A DNA stretch of 16,315 nucleotides from Chlamydiota bacterium (GCA_037133055.1 JBAXOY010000070.1:1-16315); one strand, 5' to 3'. Positions 1 to 7,014 are shown, counted from the stretch's first letter. Program-made: numbers and translations. Notes: generated from the letters alone by a model not told the origin.

Positions 1-1
1 G

Positions 2-217
2 CCGCCGACGAGCACGCCGACCGTGACACCTGTGCCGCCGACGAGCACGCCGACCCGCACCCCCACCCGAACGCCGACCGTCACGCCCACGCCGGGTGAG
101 CCGCTGCTCAAGATCAACTTCCAGCCCCGGGGCTACCTGACGCCGGAAGGGTTTTACGAGGACGAGGGTCGGCGGTTCGATTACTTTCTGGGATACGGCT
201 GGCTGTTTGTGTATTGA
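2..217 (+). CDS. C-terminal end of a Pro/Thr-linker protein, probably secreted or surface-exposed (5'-partial)
   Basis: The frame is open from the window edge: PPTSTPTVTPVPPTSTPTRTPTRTPTVTPTP, then KINFQP...P.G...D.G..F....GYGWLFVY*. A 22-bp repeat gccgccgacgagcacgccgacc occurs at 1 and 34. Confidence 0.8.
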   Translation, partial: PPTSTPTVTPVPPTSTPTRTPTRTPTVTPTPGEPLLKINFQPRGYLTPEGFYEDEGRRFDYFLGYGWLFVY

Positions 218-242
218 AAATTGAGAGAGGCAGAGATTTCGT

Positions 243-291
243 CCCACCTCGTAGGTGGGCCTTCAGGCCCACCTACGAGGTGGGCCTTTTT
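243..291 (+). repeat. Nested palindrome, REP-like (GTAG type); possibly also an intrinsic terminator
   Basis: Perfect 20-bp inverted repeat at 243-262/265-284, each arm itself self-complementary. The core is GTAGGTGGGCCTTCAGGCCCACCTAC, followed by TTTTT at 287-291. Confidence 0.7.
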
Positions 292-590
292 ATGAGGGAG
301 GGGGGAGTTTCAACCCACGTGGCGCTTCGGGGCGCGGTCGATGTCCCTCTCGGCGACGCGGCCGCGCGGATCACGGTGCAGGCTGGCGATTATCTGACGA
401 TCACGAATGTGGCGGGGGAGGAGCGGAGATTATCTCGAACAAGGGTAGGAGCTATCGGCTTGCCTGTCGGGCAGACGCCGGGTCTGAACGAAAAGATCGG
501 GCTTACAAATCCACCAAGGAAGGATGAGTATCTATCCACACACTGGCTGGCTGATTTGACCGGTGACAGTGACACTCCGTAGCAGGTGAC

Positions 591-638
591 TAGACACTAT
601 TTGGACACCGGCAATTCCCTGTCAAATTCCCTGTCAAA
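591..638 (+). repeat. Short direct repeats resembling integrase arm-type binding sites
   Basis: tagacac-N4-tggacacc at 591-609 and a 12-bp tandem repeat aattccctgtca x2 at 613-636. Confidence 0.5.
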
Positions 639-644
639 CGGAGT

Positions 645-1037
645 GTGTGGAATGTATTGAAAGACCGCCCCAAAGGTGGCATTCTTGTATTCGATAAGAC
701 GGTCAAGCCCGAGGGGGCAGTCAGATCGAGTTTCGCTGTCGCACTTCGGAATGCGGGTATTAAGCGCTGCCGGTTCCACGATCTGAGGCACACCTTTGCC
801 ACTTGTTTGGTATTGTCAGGGGTCAGTTTGCCGGTGCTGAAGGAACTGCTGGGGCACGCTTCGATAGTGACGACCATGAGATACGCTCACCCGACGCCGG
901 AAAGTAAGATGAGTGCGGTAGAGTCCCTGGAGCAGGGGTCCCCGATTAGTAGTGGACACAAAATGGACACCACGACGAATTACTTGAATAATCATGGAGA
1001 TAATGTCGAATCGCAACTTATTGCGGTAGAGATATAA
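645..1037 (+). pseudogene. Tyrosine recombinase/integrase, C-terminal catalytic fragment only
   Basis: RFHDLRHTFAT (HxxR box), LLGHAS and TTMRYAH (catalytic Tyr) are present. The ORF is only ~130 aa, and the N-terminal and core-binding domains and first catalytic Arg region are missing. Confidence 0.85.
953..971 (+). repeat. Putative integrase arm-type site pair
   Basis: tggacac-aaaa-tggacacc, with the same 11-bp period and motif as 591-609, near the integrase 3' end. Confidence 0.55.
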
Positions 1038-1047
1038 ATGGCGTATC

Positions 1048-1142
<95 letters not shown>

Positions 1143-1180
1143 GATTTAGTGGTGGAGCCGCGGAGGACCGGGCCACTATC

Positions 1181-1681
1181 ATGTTCTATGAGGATGTGTT
1201 CAGGGAGTTTGCCGGGAGCCGGGTGAGGTATCTCATCGCCGGCGGGATCGCGGTGAATCTTCATGGCGTCCCGCGGATGACCTACGATCTCGATATCCTC
1301 ATCGACCTGGTCCCGGACAATATACGCCTGGTATTCGATGCCCTCGCAAAATTGAGATTCCGCCCGAAGGTCCCGATCGGGGCGGATGATTTTGCCGACC
1401 CGTGCAAGAGAGCGGGATATATCGAGAAGAAGGGCATGCGCGTCCTCTCATTCTGGCAGGATAGCACCCCGATGAGGGAGATAGATGTATTTGTCGAAAA
1501 TCCCATCGATTTCAAGACGCTGTGGAAACGCAAAGCTGTTTCTCAACTTGCGGGCGATCTGAAGGTAACCGTGATAGGCCTGAATGACCTCCTGTATATC
1601 AAGCAGCTCGCCAACAGGAAGCAGGACGTGGCCGACATAGAGTCGCTCCTTGTCGTGAAGAGGATCAACGGTGAAAAATGA
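1181..1681 (+). CDS. Nucleotidyltransferase (DUF6036/AbiEii-like; putative toxin)
   Basis: Pol-beta-type motif LIAGGIAVNLHGVPRMTYDLDILID and C-terminal K..A.R.QD.ADI motif. The ATG at 1181 is the likely start; the longer ORF runs through the tRNA. Confidence 0.85.
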   Translation: MFYEDVFREFAGSRVRYLIAGGIAVNLHGVPRMTYDLDILIDLVPDNIRLVFDALAKLRFRPKVPIGADDFADPCKRAGYIEKKGMRVLSFWQDSTPMREIDVFVENPIDFKTLWKRKAVSQLAGDLKVTVIGLNDLLYIKQLANRKQDVADIESLLVVKRINGEK

Positions 1682-1859
1682 TCTGAAGGGGCGCAAGGGG
1701 TTTTACTATGTGCTCGAAGAAGAGAAGATTCGAGAGTACATGAAAATCCAGCCCCGATACCGGCTCCAGTGGTTGGAAGACGCATACGATTTTGCCGCGA
1801 AGGCGTTGTCTCCTGAGAAACTCCGGATCCGGGAGAAATTTCGTAGCGGGGAGATCTGA
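1671..1859 (+). CDS. 62-aa partner of the nucleotidyltransferase (putative antitoxin)
   Basis: Overlaps the NTase stop codon, contains P..RLQWLEDA..F, and is paralogous to 1949-2137. Confidence 0.75.
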   Translation: MKNDLKGRKGFYYVLEEEKIREYMKIQPRYRLQWLEDAYDFAAKALSPEKLRIREKFRSGEI

Positions 1860-1874
1860 TTGTGGCGGAGATTA

Positions 1875-1952
1875 ACCGCGGGCCGCACCCAGGACCTGGC
1901 CGATATCCAGAGTTTGAACAACCTGGAAGAGATTTTGCGGGAGACCCCATGA
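1875..1952 (+). pseudogene. C-terminal remnant of a second nucleotidyltransferase
   Basis: Reads TAGRTQDLADIQSLNNLEEILRETP*, aligning to LANRKQDVADIESL of 1181-1681. Its TGA overlaps the ATG of the next partner gene (ATGA). Confidence 0.75.
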
Positions 1953-2137
1953 ACGCCCCCGGGGTGGGAAAAAGGTTGTCGGGATTTGTTCTCGACAAGG
2001 AGAAGATAGTTCGTTTCAAGGATATGCCCCCCGCCGCGAAACTCGAGTGGCTTGAAGAGGCAAACCGGTTTGTCCGCCTCGCACTGGATGAAACCAAGCT
2101 TCGGATTTGGGAAAAATTCAGGAGGGGTGAGATCTGA
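1949..2137 (+). CDS. Second 62-aa partner paralog (orphan putative antitoxin)
   Basis: Ungapped alignment to 1671-1859: VL..EKI, L.WLE.A..F...AL...KLRI.EKFR.GEI*. Confidence 0.78.
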   Translation: MNAPGVGKRLSGFVLDKEKIVRFKDMPPAAKLEWLEEANRFVRLALDETKLRIWEKFRRGEI

Positions 2138-2190
2138 CCGCGCCGGGGGATACTCGACACCCTTCACCTGGTCCCGACGAGAGCCGGCTC

Positions 2191-2430
2191 GTGCCCCTGA
2201 TGCGCGTGGAGGACAGGCTCGCGGCGGGCGAGATCGTCGCCGCGCTGCGTGAGGAGGGCATCGAGGCGGAGTGGCGCGAGCCGCACTCGAACTGGTTCGA
2301 CGGGCTGGAGCAGGCGTGGATGGGCGATCAGTTCGGGCAGATCCTCGTGCTCGACGCGAATCTGGAGAAGGCGCGGGAGATCGCGGCGGGCCTGAAAGAA
2401 GAAGGCGGGGCTGAACTCTCCCCGCCGTAA
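2191..2430 (+). CDS. Small DUF2007-like protein
   Basis: Pattern A.EIVAALREEGIEA...ILV...NLEKAREI resembles DUF2007; GC-rich host-like codon usage. The start is uncertain. Confidence 0.6.
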   Translation: MPLMRVEDRLAAGEIVAALREEGIEAEWREPHSNWFDGLEQAWMGDQFGQILVLDANLEKAREIAAGLKEEGGAELSPP

Positions 2431-2615
2431 GACCTCTCGCCCCCCTGGCGGGGCTCGAGGGAAGATCAGCGATTCAAAGCGAAGACCTCTCGCCCCTCCG
2501 GGGGCTCGAGGGAAGGACAGCGATTCAAAGCGAAGACCTCTCGCCCCTCCGGGGGCTCGAGGGAAGGACATCGATTCAAAGCGAAGACCTCTCGCCCCCC
2601 AGCGGGGCTCGAGGT
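2429..2615 (+). repeat. Tandem ~51-bp hairpin repeat, three full copies plus one partial
   Basis: Units start at 2429, 2482, 2533 and 2584 with consensus aagacctctcgcccctccgggggctcgagggaaggacagcgattcaaagcg and an internal cctc..gcccc/ggggc..gagg hairpin. Confidence 0.92.
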
Positions 2616-2638
2616 CCGAAATTTGCTTCGCAAATTTC

Positions 2639-2729
2639 GGAGAGGTGGCAGAGTCCGGTTTATCGCGCACGACTCGAAATCGTGTAGACCTTAACGGTCT
2701 CGTGGGTTCAAATCCCACCCTCTCCGCCA
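2639..2729 (+). tRNA. tRNA-Ser(CGA)
   Basis: GGAGAGG/CCTCTCC acceptor stem, cacga-ctCGAaa-tcgtg anticodon arm, long variable arm, GGTTCAAATCC and CCA. Confidence 0.97.
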
Positions 2730-2740
2730 GTTGGGAAGCG

Positions 2741-2801
2741 GAGCAGCCTCAGGGAGCCCCCTACAGGGGGCTCCCTGCGAAAAACGAGGCGGCGCTCTTT
2801 T
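2741..2801 (+). terminator. Hairpin after tRNA-Ser(CGA), possible terminator
   Basis: Perfect 13-bp inverted repeat cagggagccccct/agggggctccctg at 2750-2777, outer gagc/gctc pairing and a short T run. Confidence 0.5.
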
Positions 2802-2880
2802 AACTATAGCTCGAACCAATCTTTACCGGAAATTCTTTCCGGGAGTCCACTATTTGCTCCGTGTAGCACTGGAGAGAAAA

Positions 2881-2889
2881 TGGTATGAT
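2881..2889 (+). promoter_or_regulatory. Possible extended -10 promoter for the rsb operon
   Basis: TGgTATGAT; no convincing -35. Confidence 0.35.
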
Positions 2890-2959
2890 ATCCTTCGAGA
2901 GAGAGAGTAGAGGAATGCCGTTTTGGAATACTAACGCGGGGGAATTCAGATGCAGAATC

Positions 2960-3000
2960 AAACCCGAGTTTCTAAGTAATTAGAGCTTGGGTTTTTTATT
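2960..3000 (+). terminator. Intrinsic terminator-like hairpin upstream of rsbR
   Basis: aaacccgagtttctaa-gtaa-ttagagcttgggttt followed by a T run. Confidence 0.6.
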
Positions 3001-3106
3001 TTGGCGGTGTGAAGGAGGGGGAGGTGAGAGAAAAGGGAAAACCTGAAGAACAGCCGGGCTTTCAGAGATAACAGAGCATGCACGAAACAAAAAGAAGGAG
3101 GAGAAA

Positions 3107-3538
3107 ATGGCAAAGGAAAAATCAAATGCGACAGCAGTTGTGCCAACGCCGGTTACGATCCTTTGGAAGAATATTTTGATGTTGCCGATTGTGGGCGTAG
3201 TGGATTCCAAGCGCGGCCAGGAGATAATGGAGTCAATGCTGGCAAGAATACAGGAGCTTGAGGCAAAGATAATAATTCTGGATATCTTGGGCGTGCCCGT
3301 AGTAGATACCTCAGTGGCAAATTATTTGGTAAAAATCAGCTATGCCACTAAAATAATGGGGTGCAGTTGCATCATTACCGGGATATCTCCTGCCATAGCC
3401 CAGGCCTTGGTGTCTCTGGAGATAGATTTAAAGGATACAATTACCCGCACCAGCTTGAAGGATGGCTTGGAACTGGCTTTCAGGACATTGGGTTTGGAGG
3501 TGAGGGAGAAGAAAGAGGCGGTGAGGAAGATAGCGTAG
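3107..3538 (+). CDS. rsbR: RsbR-like STAS protein without an N-terminal sensor domain
   Basis: TPVTILWKNILMLPIVGVVDSKR...IILDILGVPVVDTSVA...TGISPAIAQ; strong SD aaggagg. Confidence 0.88.
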   Translation: MAKEKSNATAVVPTPVTILWKNILMLPIVGVVDSKRGQEIMESMLARIQELEAKIIILDILGVPVVDTSVANYLVKISYATKIMGCSCIITGISPAIAQALVSLEIDLKDTITRTSLKDGLELAFRTLGLEVREKKEAVRKIA

Positions 3539-3578
3539 GATTTTTGGGAGAAAAACAGTTCTTGGATCGGATGAAAGT

Positions 3579-4127
3579 ATGCGGGAAATATTCGCCCGAA
3601 CAGGGGTAACGATGCACATTGCCCACGGCTGCCTGGTGGTGCCGATTCAGGTTGAGCTTTCCGATGAGGCGATGCTGGAAATTCAGACAGAGATCTTGGA
3701 GAAGGTTAGCCAGACAGGGGTAAAAGGAGTGCTCATCGACCTTGCAGGCGTGGATATCCTGGACTCCTTTCTGGCTCAGGCGTTCTTGGATACCGGGCGG
3801 ATGGCTTCTCTTTTAGGCGCGGATACAGTTATCGTCGGCCTCAAACGGGAATTGGTCTCAGTGTTGATAGATTTAGGCCTTGATTTTGGAAATATTCAGA
3901 CAGCAATAACCTTGGAGCAGGGGTTCCAGAAGTTAAAGCCGATTGTAGAACCTGAGGAGAAACCAGAAGAAATTGAAGAGATGCAGGAACCTGAAGAAGA
4001 AACGGCCAAAGAAACAAGCGGTGATTCTGTAGAGGAGCCCGCAGAGAGAGAAGAGCCGGATAATGAGGCGGCTGGCGAGCCCGGAGAGGAATCTCAAGAA
4101 GAAAGTTTAGCAGAAGATGAGGCATAA
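3579..4127 (+). CDS. rsbS: RsbS-like STAS protein with an acidic C-terminal tail
   Basis: LVVPIQVELSD...GVLIDLAGVDILDSFLA, with the Ser equivalent to the RsbS phosphosite, followed by a ~60-aa Glu-rich tail. Alternative ATG at 3612. Confidence 0.88.
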   Translation: MREIFARTGVTMHIAHGCLVVPIQVELSDEAMLEIQTEILEKVSQTGVKGVLIDLAGVDILDSFLAQAFLDTGRMASLLGADTVIVGLKRELVSVLIDLGLDFGNIQTAITLEQGFQKLKPIVEPEEKPEEIEEMQEPEEETAKETSGDSVEEPAEREEPDNEAAGEPGEESQEESLAEDEA

Positions 4128-4518
4128 GCTAATACACATTAAAATTGCCGAAGAGGCTGATATTGCCAAGGCAATATCAGCAGCAGGGGATTTAGCCAAG
4201 ATGGCGGGCTGCGGCAAAATCAACCAGTGTCTGATTGCCACTGCTGTCTCCGAGCTGGCAAGGAATATTTTCGTCTATGCCTTGAAGGGAGAGGTGCGTC
4301 TGATGATTCTGGAGAAAAACGGCCAGAGCGGCATTGAGGTGATTGCCGAGGATAAAGGCCCGGGGATACGCGATATAGCCGGGGTGATGGGCGATGATTA
4401 TATTTCAGCACAAGGTTTAGGCATGGGCCTAAAAAGGGTCAAGCGCTTGATGGATGAATTTATTATTGACAGCAAGCCCGGGCGGGGCACAAATATTACG
4501 GCCAAAAAATGGTGTTAG
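4117..4518 (+). CDS. rsbT: RsbT-type serine/threonine kinase (GHKL)
   Basis: ATAVSELARNIFVYA, EDKGPGI and GLGMGLKRVKRLMDEF; follows rsbR and rsbS. Confidence 0.92.
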   Translation: MRHKLIHIKIAEEADIAKAISAAGDLAKMAGCGKINQCLIATAVSELARNIFVYALKGEVRLMILEKNGQSGIEVIAEDKGPGIRDIAGVMGDDYISAQGLGMGLKRVKRLMDEFIIDSKPGRGTNITAKKWC

Positions 4519-4534
4519 GAGATAGAGGCATAAG

Positions 4535-4620
4535 ATGGAGCTGGATTATTATCTGGCAAAGAGGAGGACGATGCCGCCTGCATTGTGCTTCGGTATCGGG
4601 GGGCTAAATCGCCAAAATGA
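4535..4620 (+). pseudogene. rsbX: Internally deleted RsbX-type PP2C phosphatase remnant
   Basis: SD (gagg) plus MELDYYLAKR at 4535-4564, joined out of frame to EDDAACIVLRYRGAKSPK* at 4564-4620, a PP2C/SpoIIE-type terminal DD motif. It lies in the canonical rsbX slot and its stop overlaps the kinase ATG. Confidence 0.75.
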
Positions 4621-6554
4621 TTGAGCTTGAAAAGCTGCGTATTCGAGATAAAAGTTTTATTGTGGAGGCTAGAAGGAAGGTTCAGGCCTTGGCGCAGGAT
4701 TTGAAATTCGACTCTCTGCGTACTGCAAGGCTTGCAATTTGCGCCTCAGAACTCAGCCGTTATATATGTCATTATCAAGAGCCGGTTTTAATCATGGGAT
4801 TGGAGAGAAGAGACACAGATACTTGCCTGAAACTTGTCTTTAAATGCAAAAAGGAAAAGCCGGAAAAAGAGAGCGTAGGGCTGAAAACAGAAAAGTTCTT
4901 TGATGGTTTCAAGGTTTCCTATACGGCTGAAGGGTTTGAGATGTTAGAGGGGTATACGCATATAAAAGACCCTGAATTTAAATTGACTCAGGAATTTGTT
5001 CGCCTTGAGAAAGAGAAACTTCTGCGTTTTTCCAAAAGCGAGGAATTGATTGCCTTACTAGACCAGGTAAAGAGACTCAGCCAAGTAAAATCCGATTTTG
5101 TCTCAACTGTCTCTCATGAACTGCGCACACCGCTTTCTATTACCAAATTAGGGATAAACCTGGTCTTGCATAGGATCACTGGAGAGATAAATGAGAAGCA
5201 GAAGGAGATACTTAGCGACGCAAAAAGCAATATTGACCGGTTAGCCGGAATCATCGATGATCTCCTTGATATATCCAAGATTGAGGCAGGCAAGGTTGAG
5301 TTAAAGAGAGGATGGGTGGATATAGCCGGGTTGATAAGACACGCAGCTTCTTCTTTCAAGTTGAATCTAGAGGAAAAAAACCTGGAGTTAAAAGTCAATA
5401 TTCCTGAAAAACGGATAGATGTCTATGTTGACCCGGATAAGATAACCCAGGTCTTTATCAACCTGATAGGAAATGCCTTAAAATTTACTGATAAGGGTTA
5501 TATAGAGATTTCACTGCAAGAAAGAGGAAAAGAAATTGCCTGCGTTGTGGCAGATACAGGTGTAGGTATTAGTGAGGAAGACCTGCCGAGGGCATTCAGC
5601 AAGTTTGAGCAGTTTGGCCGCCTAGCCGGCCCGGGCGAAAAAGGCACAGGATTGGGCCTGACTATTGCTAAAGGGATCATTGAACTTCACGGCGGCAAGA
5701 TTTCGTTGGATAGCACACTTGGTCAAGGGTCAAAATTCACTTTTACCCTGCCGAAGCATAGCAAGGAAGATTTTCTGCATGAATCAATAGAGAAGAGAAT
5801 TGCCGGAGCGAGGAAAGAAAATACGGAATTTTCCATATTTATTATCAGGTCGGATGATCATTTGGAGAATGAGAAAGGGCTTGAAGAAGATAGAGCACAA
5901 AGGGTTTTCCTTCCAATATCCGCGGCCCTGGAAAAGGTTATACAAAGCGGGGATTGTATAACTGGCACAGATGAGATTATCGCGTTCGTACAAGGCAACA
6001 AAGAAGAAGCACTCAAGGTGATTACGCGATTGAGGATGGCGATAAAAGCGCCTGTTTTTGAAATTGAAGAGCAACGCAAGAAGGGTTTTTCATATGGATA
6101 CGCTGCCTATCCCGAAGATGCGGGCAATGCCAAGGATTTGCTGGGGTGGGCCTATGGATCTTGTGTTCGGGAGAGAGAAGCAAAATTAAAGAAGGCCATT
6201 ATGATTGTTGACGATGAGCCGGAAGCGAGAGATGTTTTAAAGAGAATTCTGCAGGCAAGCGGGTACTCTAATTTTAGCGAAGCCGGTGATGGCCAGGAAG
6301 CGCTGGAAAAAATAAAAACCGCTATTCCTGATTTGTTGATTCTTGATATGAAAATGCCCCTGATGAATGGGTATGAAGTAATCGGCATGCTTAAGGAGAA
6401 CATGGAGACAAAAGATATCCCAATGTTGATCATGTCGGGATACGCAGTGGAAATTGACAAGCTGGAGGAATATGTCAAGAAAAAATCCATACCAGTAGTG
6501 GGTAAGCCGTTTGATGTAGAGCAGATCAGGAGATTGACGGATTATCTGTTGTGA
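4617..6554 (+). CDS. Hybrid histidine kinase: RsbT-like N-domain, HisKA, HATPase_c, degenerate GGDEF-like domain, REC
   Basis: H-box FVSTVSHELRTPL; N-box QVFINLIGNALKFT; DTGVGI; GTGLGL; GGDEF-like GTDEI and FSYGYAAYPEDA; receiver IMIVDDE...LDMKMP...KPF. Confidence 0.92.
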   Translation: MIELEKLRIRDKSFIVEARRKVQALAQDLKFDSLRTARLAICASELSRYICHYQEPVLIMGLERRDTDTCLKLVFKCKKEKPEKESVGLKTEKFFDGFKVSYTAEGFEMLEGYTHIKDPEFKLTQEFVRLEKEKLLRFSKSEELIALLDQVKRLSQVKSDFVSTVSHELRTPLSITKLGINLVLHRITGEINEKQKEILSDAKSNIDRLAGIIDDLLDISKIEAGKVELKRGWVDIAGLIRHAASSFKLNLEEKNLELKVNIPEKRIDVYVDPDKITQVFINLIGNALKFTDKGYIEISLQERGKEIACVVADTGVGISEEDLPRAFSKFEQFGRLAGPGEKGTGLGLTIAKGIIELHGGKISLDSTLGQGSKFTFTLPKHSKEDFLHESIEKRIAGARKENTEFSIFIIRSDDHLENEKGLEEDRAQRVFLPISAALEKVIQSGDCITGTDEIIAFVQGNKEEALKVITRLRMAIKAPVFEIEEQRKKGFSYGYAAYPEDAGNAKDLLGWAYGSCVREREAKLKKAIMIVDDEPEARDVLKRILQASGYSNFSEAGDGQEALEKIKTAIPDLLILDMKMPLMNGYEVIGMLKENMETKDIPMLIMSGYAVEIDKLEEYVKKKSIPVVGKPFDVEQIRRLTDYLL

Positions 6555-6612
6555 TTTGAAACCGCTTAAGCTTTCAGGGTTAGTTACAAAGGCAAAGGAG
6601 GCGTAGAGAAGC

Positions 6613-6981
6613 ATGAAGAAGAAGATACTAATCGTGGATGATGAGATGGTTTGGGTGAAAATGCTTGCCATGAGCTTGGAACACGAAGGCTATCAGATAG
6701 CAGCGGCATTCGATGCCGTACAGGCCATGTCACAGGCAGTCCAATTAAAACCGGATTTAATACTTTTGGATATCATGATGCCTGCAGGTGGTGGGTTGGG
6801 AGCATTGAAGAATATAAGAGCACACGTCGGCACATTCTCTACGCCCGTAATAGTAATCACGGCAAAAGCGGACAAGGAAACAAAAGAAGCCGCAGAGGAG
6901 TTGGGTGTATCTGGATATTTTTCGAAAACAGAGGATATGGAGGAGTTGTTAGAGAAGATAGAGGCACTGCTTGGGGAGTAG
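6613..6981 (+). CDS. Single-domain response regulator (REC)
   Basis: KILIVDDE, PDLILLDIMMP, PVIVITA and a conserved Lys. Confidence 0.92.
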   Translation: MKKKILIVDDEMVWVKMLAMSLEHEGYQIAAAFDAVQAMSQAVQLKPDLILLDIMMPAGGGLGALKNIRAHVGTFSTPVIVITAKADKETKEAAEELGVSGYFSKTEDMEELLEKIEALLGE

Positions 6982-7014
6982 ATGTTCGGCCCGCCGGATG
7001 GCTTTATTGTAGGT

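Noticed and set aside
214..582. 122-aa ORF as a real gene
   Set aside because: It runs through a palindrome and probable mobile-element debris and shows no recognisable motif.
1863..1871. tggcggaga as an att remnant (reverse complement of the tRNA-Ser 3' end tctccgcca)
   Set aside because: Only 9 bp and inverted relative to the tRNA, so chance cannot be excluded.
2429..2615. CRISPR array
   Set aside because: The linkers between hairpins are near-identical rather than unique spacers, and there are no cas genes.
2890..3100. c-di-GMP or other known riboswitch in the rsb leader
   Set aside because: The conserved GEMM-type motifs were not found by eye.
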